From an uncultured delta proteobacterium (GTDB lineage: Bacteria > Desulfobacterota > Binatia > UBA9968): DNA of 64,000 nucleotides. Made by a program: the position numbers and the translations under genes. Location: assembly GCA_963760795.1 (NCBI GenBank), contig CAVXEP010000003.1, positions 32,001-96,000 on the forward strand. The letters are read 5' to 3'. This document shows, in pieces, positions 39,862 through 49,175 of this stretch (position 1 is the first letter of the stretch; the number at the start of each line of letters is the position of its first letter). A model generated the notes under the pieces. The model saw only the letters and a list, made by a program, of their open reading frames with translations. It ran no database searches and was not told the DNA's origin.

Positions 39862-42849
39862 ATGGCTCCGAAGAAACCAGCCAACCGTGCGCAACGACCG
39901 TTTGCCGGCGCGCCGCGCGCCGGCAAACGGTCTGCACAGAACCAACCCACGCCGTCGGCCACCGCGCCGGCCACGCCCGCCGCCAGTGGGCGCGAACGGC
40001 GATTTCCGATCGTCGGCATCGGCGCTTCGGCGGGTGGGCTAGAGGCGCTCGACGAGTTGTTCGCGCACATGCCGAAGGACACCGGCATGGCCTTCGTCGT
40101 CATCACCCATCAGCATCCGGGCCACACGAGCCTCTTGCCGGAGCTGCTGGGCAAGATCACGAACCTCACAGTGCGCCAGGCTGCAGACGGGCTGAAGGTC
40201 GAGCCGGACCACGTCTATGTCAGCCCGCCGGGCGGCCACCTGGCGATCCTGGGCGGCACGCTGCACCGGATGGAAACCGAGAAGAAGGAGGCGCCGCATC
40301 TGCCGATTGACTATTTCTTTCGCTCGCTGGCCGTGGACCAGAAGGACAAGGCGATCTGCATCGTTCTCTCCGGCACGGGCACCGACGGCACGCTCGGCTT
40401 GAAGGCGGTCAAGGGCGAGTCGGGCATGGCGATGGTGCAGCGTGTGCAGTCGGCTAAATACGCCGGCATGCCGAGCAGCGCGGTGGCCACCGGCCTGGCG
40501 GATTATGTGCTGCCGGCGACGGAGATGCCGCAGCGGCTGGTCGCCTACGCGCGCTGGCCGTATCTTGCCGCCGCGCGTTTCGAGGAGACGCCCGCCACGT
40601 TACCGGAACCGATGCAGAAGATATTCGTGCTGCTGCGCGCGCGCACCGGCCATGACTTTTCCTCTTACAAATCAAACACGATCCTGCGGCGCATCGAACG
40701 GCGGATGAATCTGCACCAGATCAAGGGGCCGGCGGATTATGTCCGCTATCTCCAGGACAACCCGCACGAGATTGATTTTCTGTTCAAAGAGCTGCTGATC
40801 AGCGTGACGAACTTCTTCCGCGATCCGGAGGCCTTCGAAGCGCTCGAGAAGTCGGCGCTGCCGGCGCTGCTGAAATCACGCCCGGACGATTGCAACTTGC
40901 GCGTCTGGGTGCCGGGCTGTGCCACCGGCGAGGAGCTGTACTCGCTGGCGATCCTCATGCGCGAATACCTGGAGACCACCAAGCGCCACTGCAACGTGCA
41001 GCTGTTCGGCACGGACCTGGACAACGACGCCATCGAAGCGGCGCGCAACGGCCGCTACCCGGAGGGCATTTCCAGCGATGTCTCGCCGCAGCGTCTGGAG
41101 CGCTACTTCACCCGCGAAGACAGCACTTATCGCATCCGCAAGGACATCCGCGAGATGGCCGTCTTCGCCGTGCAGAACCTGATCAAGGATCCGCCCTTCA
41201 CCAAGCTCGACCTGATCTCCTGCCGCAACCTGCTGATCTATCTGAACGCGGAGCTGCAGCACCGGCTCGTGCCGCTGTTACACTACGCGCTCAAACCCGG
41301 GGGCTTGTTGTTTCTCGGCTCCTCGGAGACCATCGGCGGCTTTGGCGATCTGTTCGAAGTGGTGGACAAGAAGTGGAAGATTTTCCGGCGCAAGGCAGGT
41401 GGCCTCGGGGCGCATCCGCCAATGGCGTTTCCGGTGCAGCCCACGATCGCGGCGCTGGAAGCGCGCGTGCCCGCGGCGATTCGGCCGGCGCGGGAGTCGA
41501 ACATCGCCGGCCCCGTGGACCGGCTGCTGCTCGCGCGCTTCGCTCCCGCCAGCGTGGTCGTCAGCGAGCGCGGAGACCTGGTCTATATTCACGGCCGCAC
41601 CGGCGCGTATCTCGAGCCCGCCGCTGGCCAGCCCCGGCTCAACATTCTCGACATGGCGCGCGAAGGGCTGCAGCACGACCTCGCTGCCGCGCTACGGCGG
41701 GCGGCCGCGCAGGACACCGAGGTGACCCGCGAAGGCGTGCGCGTCAGGAGCAACGGTGACTTCAGCTACGTGAACCTCAGCGTCACGAAGATTCACGAAC
41801 CGGAGAGCGTGCGCGGCCTATTGCTGGTGACCTTCCGGCCACGCCCCGCGGCCGTGAAAGCGGCCAAGGCGAAGGGCCGCGCACACAGCAAGCTCGAGGC
41901 GAGCCGCGTCGAGGAACTCGAACGCGACTTACGGAGCACCCAGGAATCGCTGCAAACAACGATCGAGGAACTGGCAACCGCCAACGAGGAGCTCAAGTCG
42001 ACCAACGAGGAGTTGCAATCGACCAACGAGGAATTGCAGAGCACCAACGAGGAGATGGAAACCTCCAAGGAGGAGATGCAGTCGCTCAACGAAGAGCTGA
42101 CCACGGTCAATGCCGAAATGCTTTCGAAGGTCGAGGACTTGTCCCGGACCAACGACGACATGCATAACCTGCTCAACAGCACGGAGGTGGCAACGATCTT
42201 CCTCGACGCCGAGTTAAAAATCAAACGCTACACCGAGCAGGCCCGGCAATTGATCCATCTGATCCAGACCGACCTAGGGCGGCCGCTCGCTCATCTGGCG
42301 TCGAGCCTGGCCTATGAGAAGCTCGTCGATGACTGCCGGGAAGTGCTTCGCACCCTAACCTTCAAGCTCGCCGAAGTGCGCTCCAAGGATGGCCGCTGGT
42401 ATCTGATGCGCATCATGCCCTACCGCACCGCCGAGAACGTCATCGATGGCGTGGTCATCACCTTCGTCGACATCAACCCGGTCAAGGCGGCGGAGAAGTC
42501 GCTGCTGCGGATGTCGAAGGTATTTCTGGACGGACCCGAGCCAATGATGATCCTGGATCTCTCAGGGCGGATCATCGCTGTGAATGACGAAGCCGAGCGC
42601 GCTTGTGGCTGGACGCGCCAGGAAATGATCGGTCAACCATTCCAAATGATCGTGCCCAAATCGCGCCAGGAAACTGCCCACGAAGCGCTCGGCAGATGCC
42701 TCGCCGGCGCAACCGTCCGCGCTGTCGAATGCCCGTCCGTAACCAAGGCCGGTCGCGAACTGCCGGGCATGGTTACGCTCAAACTGTTGACCGACGATCG
42801 CGGCCAGCCGGACGCCATCTGCGTGATCGCAAAGCATCCCGTTGTCTGA
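39862..42849 (+). CDS. CheB-CheR fusion protein with coiled coil and PAS domains
   Basis: GIGASAGG, GTGTDG, LLISVTNFFRD, WVPGCATGEE, SCRNLLIY, NEELQS heptads, PAS_10 and PAS. Confidence 0.93.
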   Translation: MAPKKPANRAQRPFAGAPRAGKRSAQNQPTPSATAPATPAASGRERRFPIVGIGASAGGLEALDELFAHMPKDTGMAFVVITHQHPGHTSLLPELLGKITNLTVRQAADGLKVEPDHVYVSPPGGHLAILGGTLHRMETEKKEAPHLPIDYFFRSLAVDQKDKAICIVLSGTGTDGTLGLKAVKGESGMAMVQRVQSAKYAGMPSSAVATGLADYVLPATEMPQRLVAYARWPYLAAARFEETPATLPEPMQKIFVLLRARTGHDFSSYKSNTILRRIERRMNLHQIKGPADYVRYLQDNPHEIDFLFKELLISVTNFFRDPEAFEALEKSALPALLKSRPDDCNLRVWVPGCATGEELYSLAILMREYLETTKRHCNVQLFGTDLDNDAIEAARNGRYPEGISSDVSPQRLERYFTREDSTYRIRKDIREMAVFAVQNLIKDPPFTKLDLISCRNLLIYLNAELQHRLVPLLHYALKPGGLLFLGSSETIGGFGDLFEVVDKKWKIFRRKAGGLGAHPPMAFPVQPTIAALEARVPAAIRPARESNIAGPVDRLLLARFAPASVVVSERGDLVYIHGRTGAYLEPAAGQPRLNILDMAREGLQHDLAAALRRAAAQDTEVTREGVRVRSNGDFSYVNLSVTKIHEPESVRGLLLVTFRPRPAAVKAAKAKGRAHSKLEASRVEELERDLRSTQESLQTTIEELATANEELKSTNEELQSTNEELQSTNEEMETSKEEMQSLNEELTTVNAEMLSKVEDLSRTNDDMHNLLNSTEVATIFLDAELKIKRYTEQARQLIHLIQTDLGRPLAHLASSLAYEKLVDDCREVLRTLTFKLAEVRSKDGRWYLMRIMPYRTAENVIDGVVITFVDINPVKAAEKSLLRMSKVFLDGPEPMMILDLSGRIIAVNDEAERACGWTRQEMIGQPFQMIVPKSRQETAHEALGRCLAGATVRAVECPSVTKAGRELPGMVTLKLLTDDRGQPDAICVIAKHPVV
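41965..42098 (+). repeat. 21-bp coding tandem repeat (TNEELQS heptads)
   Basis: ACCAACGAGGAG units repeated at 21-bp spacing. Confidence 0.8.
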
Positions 42850-42861
42850 GCAGTTCCTGCC

Positions 42862-44925
42862 ATGCCGAAGAAACGCACCACTCCAGCGAAACCAACGCCT
42901 CTGCGACAGAGGGCGGAAGCGGCCGTGCGCGCCAGCCGCACCGACATCGCCCGGATGTCACCGAAGGAGAAGCAGCGGCTGGTCCACGAACTCCAGGTCC
43001 ACCAGATCGAGTTGGAGATACAGAACGAGGAACTGCGCCGCGCCCAGGGGGAACTGGCCCAGTCGCGCGACCGCTTCAATCATCTCTACGACTTCGCGCC
43101 CGTCGGTTACGTAACCCTCAATCCAGACGGCACCGTGCTGGAGGCCAATCTGACGTTGGCAACGATGCTCGGCGTCGAACGGGCCATACTCGTCGGCGGC
43201 AAATTCACCCGCTTCGTCTCCCGCGACGCGCAGGACGCGCTTTACCTGCACCAGAACGCCGTGCTCGGCGGCGACGTGCAACAGGCGTGCGATCTGCGCC
43301 TGCGCCGGGCGGACGGCAAGAGCTTCGCCGCGCGAATGGAAACCATCAGCATCATCGACGGCGTTTCGGGCGTTTGCCAATACCGCAGCGCGATCATCGA
43401 CATCACCGAGCGCAACCGGGCGGAGCAGGCGCTGCGGGATAACGAAGAGCGGCTGCGATTGGCGGTAGACGGGGCCGGCATGGGGACCTGGGACGTGGAC
43501 TTGAAAACTGCGGCAACTGTGTGGAACCGGCGGCATTATCAAATAATGGGATACGAACCGAACAGCGCCCCGCCTAACTGGGAGATGTGGCGCTCGCGCA
43601 TCCATCCCGATGATCTCGATCGCGTGATGAAGGCGCGGCAGTCTGCTCTAGAGACAAAAGGTTTGTATAACCCCGAGCATCGGATTGTTCGCGCCGACAA
43701 CGGCGAGATCCGTTGGGTCGCGCCGTTTGCGCGTTATATCTATAACGACGCCGGCGCCGCGATCCGCTTCGCCGGCGTTGATTTTGACATCACCGAGAGC
43801 AAACATGCCGAGCAGGCGCTGCGCGAGAGCGAGGAGCGTTTTCGGACGACCTTCGAGAATGTTGCCGTCGGCATCGCTCATGTGGCGCCGGACGGGCGGT
43901 GGCTAAAAGTGAATGACAAGCTCTGTCAAATTGTCGGCTATGGCCGGGAGCAGTTATTGGCCAAGACTTTCCAAGACATCACCCATGCCGATGATGTCAG
44001 CGCCAATCTGGCCTTGCTGCGGCGAGCGCTGGCTGGGGAGATCGAGACTTACGCGATGGAAAAGCGCTATATCCGTAGCGATGGTTCAGCGGTCTGGGTT
44101 AATCTGACGACCTCGCTGGTTCGTGACGCGCAAACCCAGGCGCCGCTTTATTTCATCTCCGTGGTCGAGAATATTAGCAAACGTAAACGCGCCGAAGACC
44201 AACTGCGCGGGTTTGCCGAGGATCTGGAGCGGCAAGTCGCGGCGCGAACCGCCGAGCTGATGGCATCGCAAGAACAGCTCAGGGCCCTCGCCGAGCGTAA
44301 GCATGAGCTCCAAGAAGTAGAGCGTGCGCAGTTGGCGCGCGAGCTTCATGACGAGTTCGGCGCCGCATTCACCGCGCTAAAAGTCGATCTTCACTGGATC
44401 ATGGCGCGGCTCCCTAAGAGCGTCGATGGGGTTGAAGAAAAGGCCCGAGTGATGTCGGATCTGATCGACAACTCGGTCGAATCGGTGCGACGCACGGCTA
44501 GTCTACTGCGCCCCAGGCTATTGGATGATTTTGGCCTGGTGGCGGCCATCGAGTGGCAAACCGCAGAATTTCAGCGGCGAACGGGAATCCAGTGCGTCAC
44601 CCGATTGGCCGAGGAAGTCGATTTGGATCAGGCGATGTCGACCGCTCTTTACCGCCTTTTGCAAGAGACGCTAACCAATGTGGCGCGTCATGCCAAGGCA
44701 ACCAAGGTTCACGTTAGCTTACAGATCGAAGGCGGCAAGGTATTGCTCGACGTGCAGGACAACGGCATCGGCTTCGACCCTGAGGCGGCCATCAATGACC
44801 GGTCTTTTGGTCTCATCGGCATGCAGGAACGCGCCTACGCTTTTGGCGGCCATGCTCACTTCGAGAGCCGGCCGCTTCACGGCGCCACGGTCATTGTCGA
44901 AATCCCGCTCGCGAGAAAAGCTTAG
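42862..44925 (+). CDS. Multi-PAS histidine kinase (HisKA_3, NarX/UhpB type)
   Basis: HELQVHQIELEIQNEELR, three PAS domains, ARELHDEFG, DNGIGF, GLIGMQER. Confidence 0.92.
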   Translation: MPKKRTTPAKPTPLRQRAEAAVRASRTDIARMSPKEKQRLVHELQVHQIELEIQNEELRRAQGELAQSRDRFNHLYDFAPVGYVTLNPDGTVLEANLTLATMLGVERAILVGGKFTRFVSRDAQDALYLHQNAVLGGDVQQACDLRLRRADGKSFAARMETISIIDGVSGVCQYRSAIIDITERNRAEQALRDNEERLRLAVDGAGMGTWDVDLKTAATVWNRRHYQIMGYEPNSAPPNWEMWRSRIHPDDLDRVMKARQSALETKGLYNPEHRIVRADNGEIRWVAPFARYIYNDAGAAIRFAGVDFDITESKHAEQALRESEERFRTTFENVAVGIAHVAPDGRWLKVNDKLCQIVGYGREQLLAKTFQDITHADDVSANLALLRRALAGEIETYAMEKRYIRSDGSAVWVNLTTSLVRDAQTQAPLYFISVVENISKRKRAEDQLRGFAEDLERQVAARTAELMASQEQLRALAERKHELQEVERAQLARELHDEFGAAFTALKVDLHWIMARLPKSVDGVEEKARVMSDLIDNSVESVRRTASLLRPRLLDDFGLVAAIEWQTAEFQRRTGIQCVTRLAEEVDLDQAMSTALYRLLQETLTNVARHAKATKVHVSLQIEGGKVLLDVQDNGIGFDPEAAINDRSFGLIGMQERAYAFGGHAHFESRPLHGATVIVEIPLARKA

Positions 44926-44929
44926 TGTC

Positions 44930-45565
44930 ATGGCCAGAATCTTAATCGTCGAAGATCATCCGATTTATCGCCGCGGTGTGCGCGACATTCTCGCCGGCAA
45001 CCGCAACTTTACCGAATTCGGCGAGGCCGGAGACGCCAGCCGGGCGGCCGAGTTGCTGCGTAAAGAACGCTGGGACGCCGTGGTGCTGGATATTAACTTA
45101 CCGGGAAAAAGCGGCCTGGAGTTTTTGAAGGAAGTGCGGCTTGCTTACCCCAAACTACCGGTGCTCGTCTTGAGCGGTTACGCCGAGGAGCAGTACGCTC
45201 TGCGCATGCTCAAGGCCGGCGCCTCCGGCTATTTCACCAAGAGTCGCACGCCGGAAGAATTGATCGGTGCTCTGACCAGACTGCTGCAGGGCAAAAAATA
45301 CATCAGCGAGTCGATCGCCGAGAAAGCGCTAGCGCAACTGCAACCCGGAGCGGAAAAGCCGGCCCATGAACTGCTCTCCGATCGGGAATTCGAAGTGCTG
45401 AAACTGATCGTCCAGGGAATCGCGCCGAGAGATATTTGCCTCCAGCTCTGCATCAGCCCGCGCACCGTCAGCACCTATCGTGCCCGCTTGCTGCAAAAGT
45501 TTAATTTTAAGAGTAACGCGCAACTGGTCAAATACGCGATCGCCCACAAGCTCTTCGACGACTAG
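44930..45565 (+). CDS. NarL/LuxR-family response regulator
   Basis: ILIVEDHP...LDINLP...LSDREFEV...TVSTYRAR. Confidence 0.92.
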   Translation: MARILIVEDHPIYRRGVRDILAGNRNFTEFGEAGDASRAAELLRKERWDAVVLDINLPGKSGLEFLKEVRLAYPKLPVLVLSGYAEEQYALRMLKAGASGYFTKSRTPEELIGALTRLLQGKKYISESIAEKALAQLQPGAEKPAHELLSDREFEVLKLIVQGIAPRDICLQLCISPRTVSTYRARLLQKFNFKSNAQLVKYAIAHKLFDD

Positions 45566-45747
45566 CCGGCGCTCTTGGCCGGCCCAGCGCGGCCGGCAAT
45601 TCTGAATTCTCCAGCCAGTGAGATCATCCCTCACCGCGAAGCTCAACCATGGCACGGGTTCGGGTTGTTTCCCGCCACGCATTAGATTCTTACCTTGAAA
45701 TGTTAAACAGAACGACTTCAACAATTTACCGCGCCAGTACGCCTGCG

Positions 45748-45860
45748 AAAATAAACCCGAAATCCGAAGCATGAAATTCGAAACAAACAGGCGGCGAATA
45801 AACCGAAAACCTAAGAAAATTCAAAACACCGAATCCGAACGCAGCTTGTTTGGAATTTTA
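45748..45860 (+). repeat. Degenerate heptamer intergenic repeat (AAATCCG/AAATTCG)
   Basis: aaatccgaagcatgaaattcgaaacaaac...gaatccgaac...gtttggaattt. Confidence 0.45.
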
Positions 45861-45993
45861 CTTCAAAGGTTGTTATTGGCGCCGTGGAGCGAGTTCTGTT
45901 AACAGGGCTGTCACTCTTGTGTCGTAAAAATGATGACAGACGCACAGGCTGAAAGACTACAGCAAAATCATCGATTCCCCACTAGTCCTTTCC

Positions 45994-46920
45994 GTGGAGA
46001 TTTCTTATACACAGCACTTCAAATCTTCGCGGTCCATGCAAGGAGTCCTGCAAATGCCTGCGAGAATGCCGGAAGCCAAATATCACGGTCATCTTTGCCA
46101 GTCTGCGGGTGCGACTGAACTAAGGGAAACGCCGGCGACACCGGCCGCGACTGTCTCGACGGACGCGCTGCGTATCGGCCTGGCGCACTTCATCCACGAG
46201 ATCAACACCCCCCTGCAAATGGTTTACTGGGCCGCTGACATGATGGATACGCATATGCCCAAGACCCGCGGCTGTGGCGATCCCTTCGCCGGCAAGATGC
46301 TCCAAGAACTAAAAAGCGGGGTCTATCAATTGATCTCGCTGGTCGGTTCGTTACGGTCTCAGCTAGAGAGCCTCTGGCAAATCAACCCTTCGTTGAACTC
46401 TGTAAACTTGAACTCGCTGATCATGGACGTCGTTCAAAGTGACGCGGCGCGGTTTGCCGCCCACGGTATTCGTGTCGACATGGACAGCGCCGCCGCCCTG
46501 CCGGCGCTCCAGGCCGACGAAAAACTGCTCAGACAGGTGTTCGTCAATCTTTTCCGCAATGCTGCGGACGCCATGCCGGAGGGGGGAGTTTTGAGCGTCA
46601 GAGCCGGCGCGCGCGCAGATTCGGTATGGCTCGAAATCTCCGACACCGGCGCCGGCATTCCGCCCGAGTTGGACGCTTTTCAACCCTTTACCACATCGAA
46701 GCCAGGGGGCATGGGCCTCGGGTTAGCGATCACCCGGCATATCGTCGAAATCCATGGCGGGACAATTGCCTACCGGAGCGAGCTCGGCAAGGGCACAACC
46801 TTTGGGCTGAGATTTCCGTGCTGTTTCGAAACGACAAAAATTTCGGTTCCACGCGCCGCTGCTGCAGATGGCAGCTCAGAGCGATTTTTTGGTTGTCTCT
46901 GTCATGCGCCGGAGAAATAA
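45994..46920 (+). CDS. Sensor-less cytoplasmic histidine kinase (HisKA-HATPase)
   Basis: HEINTPL, NLFRNAADAM, DTGAGI, GMGLGL. Confidence 0.85.
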   Translation: MEISYTQHFKSSRSMQGVLQMPARMPEAKYHGHLCQSAGATELRETPATPAATVSTDALRIGLAHFIHEINTPLQMVYWAADMMDTHMPKTRGCGDPFAGKMLQELKSGVYQLISLVGSLRSQLESLWQINPSLNSVNLNSLIMDVVQSDAARFAAHGIRVDMDSAAALPALQADEKLLRQVFVNLFRNAADAMPEGGVLSVRAGARADSVWLEISDTGAGIPPELDAFQPFTTSKPGGMGLGLAITRHIVEIHGGTIAYRSELGKGTTFGLRFPCCFETTKISVPRAAAADGSSERFFGCLCHAPEK

Positions 46921-47000
46921 TCACTTCGACCGTAATGCAGCCTGTGCGGCGTTTTCACCAGCCGGTGGAGATTTGCCGACGGCAAAGGAGGGACAAGGCT

Positions 47001-47087
47001 ATGACGCGCTATATTGAAATCGTTGGCTGGCTGATCGTCAGCGGCTTGTTTGTGTTTGCCGTGGGAGTGCTGGTTGGGCGCTGGTAG
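47001..47087 (+). CDS. Tiny membrane peptide (28 aa)
   Basis: MTRYIEIVGWLIVSGLFVFAVGVLVGRW after AGGAGG. Confidence 0.5.
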   Translation: MTRYIEIVGWLIVSGLFVFAVGVLVGRW

Positions 47088-47799
47088 GACGGGGGTCATC
47101 GGTGGCTGGTAAAGCCACTGCGGTAGGCAGTTTATCGGTTCAGGTGAGAGGCCACCTTCTAGCGATCCTTCTCTACCCGAGGGTTAGGCGCTCAGTACAG
47201 ACGCACGGAAAGTCCCATGGAGTGGACTCTCGGTTGTTTCCGAAAATCGCTTCCCGAGATTGAGAATAATGAGCGATCGTAACAGTCGCATAAACCTTTC
47301 CTGTAGGGTCGATTCAGTGACTACCGGCATACATGCATCGGGTATCGCCACCAAGGACGCGGCCATTGAAAATAATGGTGAAGCCACTCGTGAGGGGTTC
47401 CCCGGTGTTCAGTTTAATTTCAATCGTCGACAATCCTTCTATCCTAAAATAGTCCGATGGATGATCTTAAAGATCACCGGGAAAAGCAGCGAGCGCCTTA
47501 TCTTTGAAGCGGAAATATACCGAATCAATGGTCAGTCACGATGGCGCGCACATTGGAGAGCGACGTTTAGAGCAACGATGGCTTTGCCGAACCATAGGTT
47601 GAAGCGCAAATGACCGGGCCGGACGTTATGCGATTATTATGGCGGGTGGTGATGTCGAGGAGCGACCGGGGCTCGAAGCGGCGCCTGTTAGCCGTGCTCG
47701 ATAAAACCAACTGCTGCTCGCGTTTGTATTGCGATATCGACGAGCGGGCTCTGGCAATGCGGGTCGAATGGCCGCGTCCAAGCGCACTGCGACGTCAAG

Positions 47800-48132
47800 G
47801 TGTTCAAACTTTACACGACTAGTTTCAGCGTCGAACTGCGGAGCGCGAGATTGGAGATGCCAGACATGGATCGAGTGGAACCAGTGAAACATGTCGATCG
47901 TATCGTAAGACGCAAGGAACAGATCGCTGTCGCTTTGCGCCATATTGAAAACGAGAAGCAAGCTGTCGAGCGAAAAATGCTCTCCATGGATCGAGACGCG
48001 CGGGCTCGCCGACTTGTGCTACTCGGGTATCTGATCAACCGATACATGCGGCATCTCGATCGGTTGGAGCGGGTACTTGGGCGCTCCGAAGCGCCGGTTC
48101 AAGGTTCAACAAGCGGGCAGACTCTGGTGTAG
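47800..48132 (+). CDS. Hypothetical coiled-coil protein (possibly DksA/TraR-like N-terminus lacking the Zn finger)
   Basis: RRKEQIAVALRHIENEK helical hairpin. Likely start ~47857. Family assignment is weak. Confidence 0.5.
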   Translation: MFKLYTTSFSVELRSARLEMPDMDRVEPVKHVDRIVRRKEQIAVALRHIENEKQAVERKMLSMDRDARARRLVLLGYLINRYMRHLDRLERVLGRSEAPVQGSTSGQTLV

Positions 48133-48343
48133 CTTACCTGCAAGCCCTGCATCGCTTTGGCGAGTGGCGTCTTGCCAACCTCCAACAGCAAATAAATGTG
48201 ATTGCAAGACGTGCGCGTGGAGGTGACGTAGCGGCGCCGATCAGCGTCGGAACGAAATATCGCAATTGTAACCCATGGCAAGCAGCCCGGAACGGAACTT
48301 CATGGCTCTCTCTATGACAGGCAATACGGCCGCGGCAACGCGG

Positions 48344-49060
48344 TCAGCCTTCGGCGTCGCTCAATCCTTGTAGGACGATGCCGCGGTCGGCAACGATTTT
48401 GAATAAATACTGTGCCGGCTTCAGCGCCGTGCTGCGCATTTTTTCAATGGTCAAGGTGCGCACGAAACGGCTCTTGGCCAGCTCCATTTCCAGAACGATG
48501 GTGCCGGCGACGAGATACTCCTCAAGACCGCGGACATTGCGTTCGACGGAATAGGTGGTCAGGAGATTGGTGGTATTGCCGTTGGCCTGGAGCCCGTAGA
48601 ACAGCGTGCGCGCCTGATCCGGCGCCCGCGAGGTTGCTTCGCGGTTGAACAAAAGCGGTCCCACCGGATCGATGACCACCCGGGTGGCGCCCATGCGCGC
48701 GATGTATGCGTTGAGATCGGTGACGACGCGCTGCACGTCGATTTTCTTCTGCGTGTCGCTGCTGCCGCTGAAGTAGGCCGAAGCATCGAGAATGACGAAC
48801 TCTTTGGACTCGATAAACGGCGCCAGGTCCCAGCCCAAGGACTCCGCCTGTTCGAGCACGTCGGCGGGCTTTTCATCGATGGCGACATAGAGCCCCTTCT
48901 CTTTTTCCATCAAGCCGTTGACGAGAAATTGCAATCCGAAAACCGACTTGCCCGTGCCCGGCTCGCCGACGACAAGATAAGTTTTACCGGGTCGCAAACC
49001 GCCTTCGATCAGCGCATCGAGTTCGACGATGCCGGTGGGCACTCTATTACCGTTGACCAT
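48344..49060 (-). CDS. Single-domain KaiC/RAD55-like RecA-superfamily ATPase
   Basis: RVPTGIVELDALIEGG, Walker A GEPGTGKS, RVVID, C-terminal IEKMRST. Confidence 0.88.
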   Translation of the reverse strand: MVNGNRVPTGIVELDALIEGGLRPGKTYLVVGEPGTGKSVFGLQFLVNGLMEKEKGLYVAIDEKPADVLEQAESLGWDLAPFIESKEFVILDASAYFSGSSDTQKKIDVQRVVTDLNAYIARMGATRVVIDPVGPLLFNREATSRAPDQARTLFYGLQANGNTTNLLTTYSVERNVRGLEEYLVAGTIVLEMELAKSRFVRTLTIEKMRSTALKPAQYLFKIVADRGIVLQGLSDAEG

Positions 49061-49175
49061 GACCCATCATTCTTTCAGACCGTTGCAGTAAATTTGTTTG
49101 CTGCGGCGCCGGCGATTTTCCTTCCGGCGTGAAGGTCGAACCGGCGCTCGCCAGTTGCCACGAATCGGCCGGCGG

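Noticed and set aside
47200-47600. RNase P RNA (GGAAAGTCC)
   Set aside because: Only one short word matches. The complementary 3' P4 motif was not found.
48344-49060. Circadian clock (kaiC)
   Set aside because: Only one RecA-like domain and no kaiA/kaiB in the window. It is a KaiC-like ATPase only.
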